DNA of 32,000 nucleotides. Source: Paramicrosporidium saccamoebae KSL3. Its lineage: Eukaryota > Fungi > Cryptomycota. The notes under the pieces were generated by a model, which saw only the letters and a program-made list of their open reading frames with translations, made no database searches and had not been told where the DNA came from. Of this stretch, positions 12,295 to 22,775 are shown in pieces. The stretch's first letter is position 1. Each line of letters opens with the position of its first letter. The stretch lies in NCBI GenBank assembly GCA_002794465.1, contig MTSL01000065.1, forward strand, positions 110,450-142,449, read 5' to 3'. Position numbers and translations under genes: made by a program.

Positions 12295-12381
12295 TTGTGG
12301 GTCAATAAACAGCACATGCTATAACGGAATTTACGTAAAAGGCAATCGCTACAAAAGATCAACAAACCCCAATTGGACAAT

Positions 12382-13591
12382 TTATTGGACATATCTTCTA
12401 GGAACATACCCTTCCTTGCCGTCCTTTTCTGCGAGCCACCATTCGGGGTCCTCTCTAGTTATGATCCGCAGCTGCTCTCCCTTGAGGAAACTCAACTCGT
12501 CGTCTTGATAGTTGTCCTCGTTGGCGGCGTCAAAGTCGTACAATGCAGTGACTCTGCCGGAAGAGTTTTTCCGGCGAACAGCCTCCCCCAAGACTCTGAT
12601 CACGTCAAAATCGGTGGCGAGTCCCAAGGGCGCCTGTCCTTGCGAATCCATGGCCTCCACGTCGCCACCATGGGAAAGCAATATATCGGTAATTTGTAAA
12701 GAATTAGTATAAGCGGATGAGTGAAGTGGCGTCCAGCCATTGTCATCGCACACATTGACATTTGCTCCCTTATCGACCAAATACTCAACCATGTCCTGTC
12801 GAGACATTCCGGCAGCGCAATGTAAAGAAGTGACTCCATCAGCATTGCAAGTGTCTGGATGTAGCCCCTCATTCTCTATCAAATGCTTTACCTCTTCAAA
12901 GTCTCCCTCCAACGCGGCCTCCAACAGACACGCAAAGCTGTTGAAGCGAATCTTTCTCTCGCGCTTAACCGGCGCAGTTCCTTTCCGCAAAGTCAATTTA
13001 TCTTGAAGCTCCTCAATCTTTTCCTGACAGCCCTCTACACACTCTGCCGATTCGACGGGACAATCTTGAGCGATAGCTTCAGGATTTCCTTGTTTTTTCA
13101 GAGGCAAAGGGGAGGCTGCTGAGCCGTTTTGCAGTTTCATTACGTGTATGGGTAGACATCTGAGCGGAGACGATGCCCTCAGCGTGTTTACATATTCCGG
13201 CAGTGCTTCGCTGACATCACTATCGTTTGTATCCACCGAAAAGTCTTTCCGGTGGCTTTGAGGGGATTGTCCGTCCAAATCCGCCTCAATAATCTTTTCT
13301 GAATATAATGTTATGGCACTTTTCAGCAAATATGCATCCGTCTCGATTCCGACAGTCTCCCGCGCGATCGAAATGGTCTCTAGTCTCTCAACAATACGCA
13401 TCTAAACATCCAGCAGCATGTTTGTATTGTACCATTGTATTAGGAGAGGGCATGTTGTTTCCTTCTGTCTGCCGTCCAGCCTCGTCGGTACGACTGGTCG
13501 TGAACATGCTACGTAGCTGAGATATCCAACTTTCCTTGCGAACATGACCTGGATCCGCAATGGAGGGAGGGTTGCTGTCGTCGATCCGCAT
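12382..13591 (-). CDS. RxRF-ankyrin-SH3 protein, ASPP/iASPP-like PP1 regulator
   Basis: Exons ~13591-13433 and 13401-12382, intron 13402-13432 (31 nt). RKIRFNSFACLLEAALEGD, ankyrin repeats (GVTSLHCAA, GWTPLHSSA), C-terminal SH3 (ALYDF...DELSF...WW...GYVPRRYV). 5' end uncertain. Confidence 0.75.
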
Positions 13592-13900
13592 CCTCCACTA
13601 TCAATGCGATACAATCTGACCAATGGTTGCTAGGTCTGGACTATTTGCCATTTTTGGTAACACAATTGTCTAGCATGATTCGTCGGCACCTAATGACCAA
13701 TGTGCGCAGAGTCGAGAGTCGTGGGCCGTGAGCCGTGAGATGCGTAGCTAAAAGTAAGAGGGGGAATTGGTTATAATATCTTTACAGTAACAAGACAAAG
13801 AGGATGCATTATAGACTTTTTCACAGTTTATCTCCGTGTTGTAGATATACCCCCTCCTTACAATCATGTAATGGAATCTAGTCTTTTAACTTTAACAATC

Positions 13901-13977
13901 ATACAACAGCCTCACAGTGACCATGCAATAGCCATACAATAACCCCACAGCGACTTTACGATAACCTCGCGGTATTC
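13901..13977. repeat. Degenerate 11-nt tandem repeat (~7 units) with 33-nt higher-order similarity
   Basis: atacaacagcc tcacagtgacc atgcaatagcc atacaataacc ccacagcgact ttacgataacc tcgcggtattc. Confidence 0.6.
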
Positions 13978-14041
13978 TCATTAATCATACCTCTTAGATT
14001 GATCACAACAATTTTTTATAGGTTCTGTCGAGGTTCTAGAT

Positions 14042-15070
14042 CTACTTGGACTTTTTAACGGGTCGGTAAACACCAACTACGAGGGCATGGTCACGCTCAT
14101 ACGGCTCTAGAGTAATCTGTTCCTGAGGCTTGATGCGCTCTTCTTGCAGCTTCTTGACCTCACGGGCAAACACGGTTGCCGCATCCACAGTGGAATCAAT
14201 GCAGTTGGCCTTGATGGAAATGACAATGTGACCACCAATCTTTAGGAAATGGTGTGCATTCAGGGCAATAATACGGGCCTGGTCAGGCTGGGCAACGTCG
14301 GCAAAGATGACATCAACCATTCCAACGAGCATGCGATAGCGCTGCGGATGTCTGGCATCCTCAATGATGGGAATGACGTTGGTGCGCTTCTTTGCGACAT
14401 TGATAAGGTCACGACCGGAACGATGGGAGAACTCTACGGCGTAGACAAGACCGGTGGGGCCAACAACGTCAGAAACATGGGATACGGTGGTTCCAGAGGC
14501 GGCTCCGAGATACAACACCTTCTTTCCGGGTGCAATGTGAATGTTCTCAACACCTCCCAAAATACCCGAAGCCAACTTGCTTCGGAAGGGATTCCAGACG
14601 CGATACTCAACCTTGGTGCCATCAGGCTGATCAACACTGATGCGCTTCTCATTGTATACGGATTCTCCGGGAACCATGTTGCGTGTGACAAGCAAATCTT
14701 CCTTTCCACGGGCAATGAAGACACCTTCGTGACGATGCGGCTCAACAAGCACTTTGCTGCCGCCCTTGGCACCAAGACCTCCACGTCCACCACGGGCTCC
14801 GCCACGGCCGCCAAAGCCTCCACGGCCAGCACCTCCGCGACCTCCACGGTCTCCACCAAAGCCTCCGCGAGAACCGCCGAAACCTCCACGAGAGCCTAAG
14901 TATGAGTTAAAAAAATTGGACATTTGGCGTACCACCACGGCCGCCGAAGCCTCCGCGACCACCACCGCGTCCTCCACGGTCGCCACCAAAACCGCCACGT
15001 CCTCCACCAAAACCGCCACGTTCACCTACAGATAAGAGATACAGCAGACTAGATGAGTACCGAAACCCAT
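14042..15070 (-). CDS. NOP1: Fibrillarin, box C/D snoRNP 2'-O-methyltransferase
   Basis: Exons 15070-15061, 15025-14933, 14895-14042 (introns 35, 37 nt); GAR domain, [40 protein letters not shown]. Confidence 0.97.
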
Positions 15071-15155
15071 TTGTGTCTGTCTCAAGGATTTTCGACCCCG
15101 GTCACGTCGAACGGCCACATCCTAACCTCCCGGGTCCTAATTTCCGTCTTTTCTA

Positions 15156-16177
15156 ATGGCGGACCGCGAGTTTATGAGAAAGATGCTCGATGAGATTATG
15201 GGACCAGAGAGGAACAAGCTTCCTGACCAGTCTGGCGATTTCGGTGTCAAATTCAATGACCCAAATGTACGACAATTGGGGAATATTGCTTTATTATATA
15301 GGTGTGCAAGTATTACTTGGTGGGGTTCTGTCCCTACATGCAATTCCAGAACACAAAATCCGACATTGGCACTTGTCCCAAAAAGTACCATGAGGACAAG
15401 CTGAAGGACCAGTTCCTGGCCGTTGGAGAAAGATACAGAGAAGAATATGAGCGCGACTTTATGGATTTCCTTGAAAGACTTGTCAACGACCTGGAGCGTA
15501 AACTGCGTCGCGGAAAGGACCGTCTTGACGTCAAACCAAATGATCCCACTGCTGCACTGAACCCTGCGAATGACGAATTTGAAGAAAAGAGAACTTTACT
15601 GGACCTGCAGGTCAAGGAGCTCTTGAGCAAGATGGAAGCGGCGGGGGAGGATGGCCGTATTCAGGAAGCACAAGAGCTGATGATGGAATTGGAAAAATAT
15701 AAAGCCGAGCTGGAGCGACTTCGACAGATTGAGGCCGAGAATCCATCTTACCGGCTTGAGAAACGCATGGAAGTCTGCCCCACCTGTGGAGCATTCCTGA
15801 TTGTCGGTGATGCACAGAAAAGGATTGAGGCCCACTTTGAGGGTCGTCAACATAATGGCTGGGCACGGGTGAGGGAGACGCTGGCAGATTTGAAGCGCAA
15901 AGTTAGCTCCGGAGGGTTCAGTCGCCGTGCGGCCTCCCCGCAACGTGAGCCTGGAGAAATTGGAGAAGAACCCACAGAACGATATGCGTCAGGCAGCGAT
16001 CATCGTCGACGTGGCAGCGGCGGCGACCGTGATCGAGGCAGGGATTATGGAGGAAGGGATCGGGACAGAGATAGGGACAGAGACAGAGAACGTGACCGGC
16101 TTCATGGGTATCCCCGAGATAGAGACCATCATGAGCGACATTATGACCGGCATCGCTCACCACCACGTAGACGTTAA
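15156..16177 (+). CDS. LUC7: U1 snRNP-associated Luc7 protein
   Basis: Intron 15267-15301 (35 nt); VCKYYLVGFCP...CPKKYH zinc finger 1, MEVCPTCGAFL...HFEGRQH zinc finger 2, RD/RE-rich tail. Confidence 0.93.
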
Positions 16178-16289
16178 TAGTGTATCCAATATAATATAAC
16201 AAACCATTTTTACACAATGCAGTGTTTAAAGGTTGGCGCTGATTGGTCAAGGACATTCAATAGCTAAGCGTCCACAAGCCTTTTACAGC

Positions 16290-16969
16290 ATGGACAAGGC
16301 TTCTCCACCAACATTCAAGCTTCTACTAATGGGAGATTCAGGAGTTGGCAAGTCCAGCATCCTTCTCCGTTTTGTCGAAGACCGTTTTCTGGGCGAAGAC
16401 ATTCATGCGGCAACCATAGGTACCATTGCTGTCCAGCTAACAGTAGGCGTCGATTTCAAGGTCAAGTTTATGGAGTTGGAGGGCGAGCGTGTCAAGCTGA
16501 CCGTCTGGGACACTGCCGGACAGGAGCGTTTCCGCACCCTTACCTCCTCCTACTACCGCGGGGCACATGGCGTGGTTTTGGTCTATGATGTGTGCAGTCG
16601 CGAGTCTTTCGATGGACTGCGACAGGTCTGGATGAAGGAGCTCCAGACATATGCCATCCCAGAGGAGATGATTTTGATGATTGTCGCCAACAAAATCGAC
16701 AAGGTTCGGGTTGGTGTATGCTGACTGTGTAGGAGGGACAACGAAAAGTGACCAACGAGGAAGGGCTGGAATATGCAAAGGAACTGTCGGCACTGTACAT
16801 GGAATGCAGTGCCAAGACAAAGGTTGGCATTGTTGCAGCATTTGAAGAGCTCGTCCACACCATCATGCACTCCCCAAGGCTGGCCGCTGTCCGCAAAGAA
16901 TCCGAACAAAACACCCGTCGACTTCAAGATGGCGTCACTGAGGGAGATGTTGGAGGTTGTGCGTGCTAA
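16290..16969 (+). CDS. RAB18: Rab GTPase, Rab18/RabC-like
   Basis: Introns 16420-16446 (27 nt) and 16704-16732 (29 nt); [53 protein letters not shown]-terminal CxC (GCAC). Confidence 0.8.
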
Positions 16970-17003
16970 TTGCTTTATAAAGTCGTGTATAAATTATTAC
17001 AAT

Positions 17004-17582
17004 CTAAACGGAGGTGTGCCGTTGTTGGATGGTTTGTTGGATAGACTCGAGAGTCTTTTGCGCCCGCACCTGCGCAGATTCTAACCGCTGAACCAACTCG
17101 TCCATGGTAGCCTCTACTCCACTGAGACATTGATATAACAGCTTAACTTGATCAGATGCAAACGAATATACAGCTTCTAACCCGTCCTCTTCTACTGCAA
17201 CAGGCAAGGACCCCAAGGGAATCCCCGCATCCAACAATGCCAATACACAGGCGTTGAAAATGTGAGGAAATGCCGCTTCGAGGCTGCTCACGTTTACTGG
17301 CTGTACAGCAATCGTAATGAGCGACCTTGGATGCAGCACACCCAGGATCACCTGTTCCAGCAAGCCTTGCACCTTTAGGGCCATCGAATTCTGCACTAAA
17401 CTAGGGGGTGTCGAAAGCGACTCTAGCTGCACCACCACCGTAGCTGTCTCAATTTGTTCCTGTTTTGTCTTCACAGGCACCGGACCATATACCGCCACAA
17501 TTACCACTGTTCCTTCGCATTCCCACCGTGACGAACCATCGGCTCTATTTAGTGGTCCGAGTTCCATGGCCCCGGCCAGCAT
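17004..17582 (-). CDS. RRP46: Exosome RNase PH-like subunit Rrp46
   Basis: LGPLNRADGSS, VYGP, LHPRSLITIAVQ, NACVLALLDAGIPL motifs; start at 17582 or 17567. Confidence 0.85.
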   Translation of the reverse strand: MLAGAMELGPLNRADGSSRWECEGTVVIVAVYGPVPVKTKQEQIETATVVVQLESLSTPPSLVQNSMALKVQGLLEQVILGVLHPRSLITIAVQPVNVSSLEAAFPHIFNACVLALLDAGIPLGSLPVAVEEDGLEAVYSFASDQVKLLYQCLSGVEATMDELVQRLESAQVRAQKTLESIQQTIQQRHTSV

Positions 17583-17865
17583 GACGTCCAAGTTACTCAG
17601 TAATCCCGCCGTTGCACAGTTGTACAAGGAGCTCGTGAAGGAAGCAGAGCGCTTCCCGCAGTACAACTATCGAATGTATGCGTTGCGGAAGATACGGGAC
17701 GAGTTTGAGGCGAGGAAAGAGTTGCCAAAGTCAAAGGTGCCGGAGTTGTTGACAGAGGGGAGGAGGGAGTTGGAACGCTTAAAGCGGATGGCCACTGTCG
17801 CATCCTTATATGCCTCTGATACGTTGGTCATTGAAAATTCGGAGAATAAGACTGACCACAAATGA
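17581..17865 (+). CDS. ISD11: LYR-motif protein 4 (Isd11), mitochondrial Fe-S cluster assembly
   Basis: QLYKELVKEAERFPQYNYRMYALRKIRDEF, RRELERLKRMATVASLY...LVIE; start at 17581 or 17566. Confidence 0.88.
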   Translation: MTSKLLSNPAVAQLYKELVKEAERFPQYNYRMYALRKIRDEFEARKELPKSKVPELLTEGRRELERLKRMATVASLYASDTLVIENSENKTDHK

Positions 17866-17900
17866 ATTTTGATATATAAATGTTGTTTATTGAATGAAAA

Positions 17901-19573
17901 CTAGCGCTTCCACAGTCCGGCAAGTAAACTAGAGGGGGATGCTGATGGCGAATTTGAACTCGGCTTTGAGGCTTCCTTTGTTGATGCCCCCGTCTTTCCT
18001 GTTGAAAGATTGGGCGGAGTGAGAAGGTCGTATGCGAGATCGTAAAAAATGGGTTTCATGGGAATCATCTGAGAGGCACGCTTGTCATCCAGTAGCGCAG
18101 ATGATGCAGGTCGATAAAGTTGGAATTTGTCCAATCTCTCCAGCACACTCGTCAGCTGTGAAACCGGATGAGGACCCATCGGAGTCATCTCCAATCCTTC
18201 TTTGCGCATAACAACCATTGCTTCCTGGATCTTTTTTGTCTGCTTGAGCCAGGAATCAATGCAATTTGACACTCCCTCAAAGGCGACATTTTTAAAGACT
18301 TTTCCACTAAAGTCAGTGATAGTGGGTACAATGATCGTCTTAGTCTCACGGCCTTGCAGTGTGTGGAGAATGTGCTGGCAGGCAGTCCTATGGAAATAAA
18401 TAAATGCTGCAATCAGCTTACGATAGTCCTGATAATGTCGCTTCAAGTTTCCGTGCCTCATCTACGCAGGCTTTTGGTGCTTCGGAGCAACATAGAGTAC
18501 GAACAGTACTCGACAAGTGGCGTCCCTTTTTGGCCAAATCACTCAATTCCTTCAGAGGGCGACGTTTTAAAAAGATATCCACAATGGCCATTTCGTCGTC
18601 TTTCATAGATTGGAAAGACTGTGCCAGATGTAAGCCCTTTAGCAGACAGCCAAGATACTTTTTCACGCGATTTGAATTCGCCAAGTTAGGGATCTGCTTG
18701 ATCAGGGCCGGAAGTTCCTTTGGTTGACTTGTAGCTTCTGTAGCATTCTTCACCGCCTGCAGCGATTCCTTTTCAACCAACCAATTGACATTGTAAATTT
18801 CTATCCTTTCCAAGCCCTCCCCACCGGTTGGTTGCCCTTCAGTAAAGGTAACCCCATCCATAGCGTCATCTTCAGTCTTGACGTCAGCGCCCATATGCTG
18901 GCAATATGAGGTCAAAGACTTTATCTCTGCACAGCGAGTCTCTAAAAATGCTACATCTTCTTTGTTTTCGTAAGAGATTCGTGCTAGATTTCTAAAAATG
19001 AGGATGCGCCGGCTGGCGTACTGTCTTGACTTGTTGAATGATACCACTGCAGCATTCCAGTGCTGATAAGCAAAGTGCATCTGCGCCTCTAGCCACGCTT
19101 GATAGCCCTACACTATTACAGCTGTCCCGCCCAACTTACATCCATCTCGGATTTTTTGCAATCGCTTCCAATCCTATCCGCGAGGGTCATGGAGGCGGAA
19201 TGTGCCTTCTTCCACAGACGCCGTTCATGGTACATTTTTCTCGGTTCTGCAATCGATTCGCGTCTTACCGAGAGCGCAGATGCAGCGAGTCGTTCGACAC
19301 GGAACAGCAGAACCATGGCCGGCTCAGTTTCTCTAAGCTTCTTCAGTGGAGTCTTTTTAGGTGTGTCCCTACGACACCGGATACTACGAATCCGTCTGGA
19401 ACAGTATTTGCTAAGAAATCAGTATTAATAGGTTGACTTGCCGATATCGTGTGTAATCGTCTTGTCTGAGACCATTGCTTGATTGAGATTTGTGTATCAG
19501 AGCATGGACTACAATTGTTAAGCCTCAAGCAGCGTCATATACTCGGGAATCCAGTCTTGCTGTCGCCGGCCAT
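17901..19573 (-). CDS. SRP68: Signal recognition particle subunit SRP68
   Basis: Exons 19573-19543, 19508-19442, 19410-19140, 19107-18422, 18387-17901 (introns 34, 31 GC-AG, 32, 34 nt); NGLRQDDYTRYRKYCSRRI, LLFRVER, PMKPIFYDLAYD, terminal GLWKR. Confidence 0.85.
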
Positions 19574-19615
19574 TACCGAAACGTGAAACTGTTTATTCGT
19601 TGATTTAAACATTAC

Positions 19616-20065
19616 TTACCACAGATCACGGCGATGCTCGCGAATCTTATACCTCATGAGCCAGCCGCGCTTCTCATTAATTGACAAGCTGTCTATTCTC
19701 TCCACAAGCTCCTCCCTCGCCTGCTTCTGTTCCGCTTCCGTCAGGACGTGTTTAATCACATACGCCCTGCTGATTCCAAATTCTCCGGCTATTGACGTAA
19801 TCGGACAGCCCTTTTCTCGCATCATCTTCATTTTTTGAAGTTCCTCCGGTTTGACTACACGTCCCACCGGATTTTTGAGAAGTGGGGGGAGGTCGGTAAA
19901 GGCCTTTGGGGTGGGACGCGCTTTGGCGGAAAGGTCAAAGAAGATGCATTTTTGCGAGACACGCTGGACCTCGCTGCAAGTGTTGGGCGGTGGGTTGGGG
20001 ATTTTTGGTGGAAGACGACGACATGGCTGGGTAAAGGGCGGAGGCCGTCGGACCAATTTTTTCAT
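19616..20065 (-). CDS. Mitochondrial ribosomal protein mL58 (fungal MrpL20)-like
   Basis: LPPLL...EELQKMKMMRE...SIAGEFGISRAYV...EHRRDLW pattern resembles the fungal MRP-L20 family; basic Pro-rich N-terminus; AATAAA 19 nt after the stop. Confidence 0.6.
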   Translation of the reverse strand: MKKLVRRPPPFTQPCRRLPPKIPNPPPNTCSEVQRVSQKCIFFDLSAKARPTPKAFTDLPPLLKNPVGRVVKPEELQKMKMMREKGCPITSIAGEFGISRAYVIKHVLTEAEQKQAREELVERIDSLSINEKRGWLMRYKIREHRRDLW

Positions 20066-20499
20066 AATTATGGAAAACTGAGAAATTTGTTAACATGTTG
20101 GGTACGGAGACTCTCCGAATTGAAATCGATGAAGATGTATTGCAACCCGGTTGCGTAGTCTAATCCTAGTAGAGATGTCTATTAAGGGTATCTCCAGAGA
20201 CACCAAAGACCAGCAGAGTGCCGTTACCGTTCAGGACCCGCGATAGAATTCCCAGGACACCAGTATCAGGCCATCAAAAAACTATCATTGTGCCTATTAA
20301 AGACGACGTCTCGACACATACTAAAGCTGATGCAGATACAGCTGAGATGGCCAACGCTGCAGAACGACCAACAGTTGTGCATAGACTGACATCAATGTGT
20401 ATAATAAGCTGATTATTTTTGTGGCCTCGAGAGTTTGTATTTATTAGGTACTAGAGGCTCCATCCTTCTAGTACCAACTTACAGACGCCTAGTTGAGCG

Positions 20500-21161
20500 T
20501 TATTGTGGCTTCTGAAGCGTGTACCCCTCGGGCACTGAGGGTTCAATCTTTTTAGTTCCAACCTATATAAGCTCAGTCAAACTTGTATGCCGACTACCTC
20601 ATCCCAGTTGGTACTCAAAACAGTACCTCCAGATTCAACCTGCACATAAGACCCAATACATAATTGTACAAAAGACTTCATCATTGCCCTCCTGGTCTCT
20701 TCAGTGGCATTAGCGTAAAGTTTTTTAAAGAAAGCATCAGTAGTTTCTGGATCGTCAGCCGTCTCAGTCGCACTGCTCTTTTCCAGCTCTTCCCAATCGT
20801 GTTTGACCCGTGACGAAGAGGGATAAGCTTGTGACGAGGACCCCTTATCAGATTCCTCTTTTTCAAGACTCTTCCATTGGGCGTTGGTCGTCTTCTGCAA
20901 GTTGAGCTCCAACTTGACGCTGCCGACAAAATAGCTGCTCTCGCTTGGAGCTATTGCGCCAAAGAGGGAAAATTCACGCTGAAACTCTCCTAGGCTTGGC
21001 GAATGGAATTTGACGGCAACTGCAGCGTCTCTGAATTCAACCGACACAGTCTCTCTGTCAATGTTCTTGGCGAATATCTCCAAGGTCACTGTGGAGTCTG
21101 TCTGATACCAGTCATGCCTGTAAATTAGGCTCGATCGACAAGGACACTACCGAGCAGCCAT
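20500..21161 (-). CDS. SGT1: Sgt1 Hsp90 co-chaperone (CS + SGS domains)
   Basis: Exons 21161-21151, 21117-20670, 20639-20598, 20562-20500 (introns 33, 30, 35 nt); [49 protein letters not shown]. Confidence 0.92.
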
Positions 21162-21312
21162 GGCGTCTGATTGGCTCCTAGGCCTGCCCTGCTCCGATAG
21201 GCACTCGACCAATATGCTACTATTTCGGGCAACTTATGCGCATTACTATTTATGGATGAGCAAGACCCAGTAATGCCGCCAATCGGCAGTGCATAAAGGG
21301 CCAGGCATCTCC

Positions 21313-22775
21313 ATGCCACCTTATATGAACGGGAATCGTGTGCTGGAAGAAGAGGAACGCATATCGCTTGAACTAGTTGATGTGAACCGGTCCCTGTCTG
21401 ACATTTCGCTCGATGAAGTGGCTTCCAGTGTACCTGTGCCGTCTACGGAGGACCTGGGAAAAGATTTTGGGTGGTTAGAGCCTCCAGTGACAAGGTTGCA
21501 TCTCATAATGATGGAGGAGCAGGTCAGTCCGCCGAGCATTGACATTTGCCACAATATGATCTTTGACACAAAGGTGAAGCTTTTGATGCAAAACTTTTCT
21601 ATTCACGATCCCGACAGTATCAAGCGGTCCGAGCAGTACTGGGATGCGCTGCAACGAGAAATTGTCCTTCTGGGCGACCGTGCTGCGCCTTATGATAGCG
21701 GCGTGGCAATCTTGCCAAAGCTGTTGGATGAAATGAAGAGCATGCTGACATATTTGTACCCAGAGTCAAAGTTGATGAAGGAGAATTTACTGGAGAATCT
21801 TGATGCAGCTTTTGTGGTAGAGCAGATTAAAATTGGGAATACCGACGCAATGAGTCTTGCTGTGCTACTCGGCACCATCCTAAAGGCCAATTGCGCTCCC
21901 AAGAGAGACGGGATGATTGAGCACATGATGATGTTGGGCGGTGAAGGGAATTGGATTGGGATGCTCAAGCTGTGCTTGGAGCTGATGGAGTTGATGAAAC
22001 TGGTATGTCTTGATTGTTAGAATTGACAGTTTAGGACCTGTTGAATTACAGATTATCCAAGAACCGCAAGAACATTATCAAGGGCATTGTTGAACGTGAG
22101 AAGCAACACTTTGCGAGTCTGTTTAATTCTAAAATCCTCAGCCTGGAGTCTACTAAAAAATGGCTTTCCACGGCGAAAGCTGAGGAACAAACCCCCAATG
22201 TGCCGCTTCGAGGATTTGTAAACCTGGTGCTCTGTTGGACCGGACTTGGTATCCCCGAGACGTTTGCGCTGGACGCACAACGATTGCTTGAAATTCGCGA
22301 CTCGTTCCAGGACATTGCCATTATAACGTGTGCCTTGGTGATTCTGAAACACTGGACCAAGCGTTCGCTGAATAAGATGGCCTTGGATGAAATCAAGACA
22401 AGACTGAAAAGATGCCTATCGAATCAACAAACCAAGATTGATGATATTGGAAACCAGATCCTGTTGGTTGCGAGCCGAAGAAGGGGGAGTGCTATCAATA
22501 AAGCTGACCGGGAGCTGCTGCTCAAGTCTGTGGACAGGATACTCCATCCTGACAACGCACTATATTTGATGCTGAAACACCGGCTGGGATCAATCCTGAA
22601 GAGCTCCCTGGAGGGAAACACCATCTCTGACAGCGCGTACAAGAAAGCTGGACTAGAATTGATCCAGGCCGATATTGAAGCGCTCGTTGGCAACACTAAG
22701 CAGCTGTGGACAGTCAATTACAAGATCCATGGAGAGCTCTACCGGAGATTGCTAACCGAGCAAGAGATTCTTTGA
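21313..22775 (+). CDS. T-complex protein 11 (TCP11/Sok1) family protein
   Basis: Intron 22003-22034 (32 nt) yields MKLDLLNYRL; YWDALQREI, CAPKRD, IPETFALDAQRL, VNYKIHGELY motifs. Confidence 0.8.

Noticed and set aside
13623-13650. Upstream ATG (MANSPDLATIG) as first exon of the ASPP-like gene
   Set aside because: No GT-AG intron of plausible size restores the frame; left unresolved
14249-15035. Antisense and alternate-frame ORFs over NOP1, including a Pro/Arg-rich one
   Set aside because: Produced by the GGN/CGN repeats of the GAR domain
16040-16110. GA-rich repeat in LUC7
   Set aside because: Encodes the normal RD/RE dipeptide tail of Luc7
16277-16289. GCCTTTTAC resembling U5 snRNA loop 1
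   Set aside because: No flanking stem or Sm site; lies directly before the RAB18 ATG
17317-17565. Long N-terminal extension of ISD11 in the ORF track
   Set aside because: Antisense to RRP46 coding sequence; the LYR domain starts near 17581
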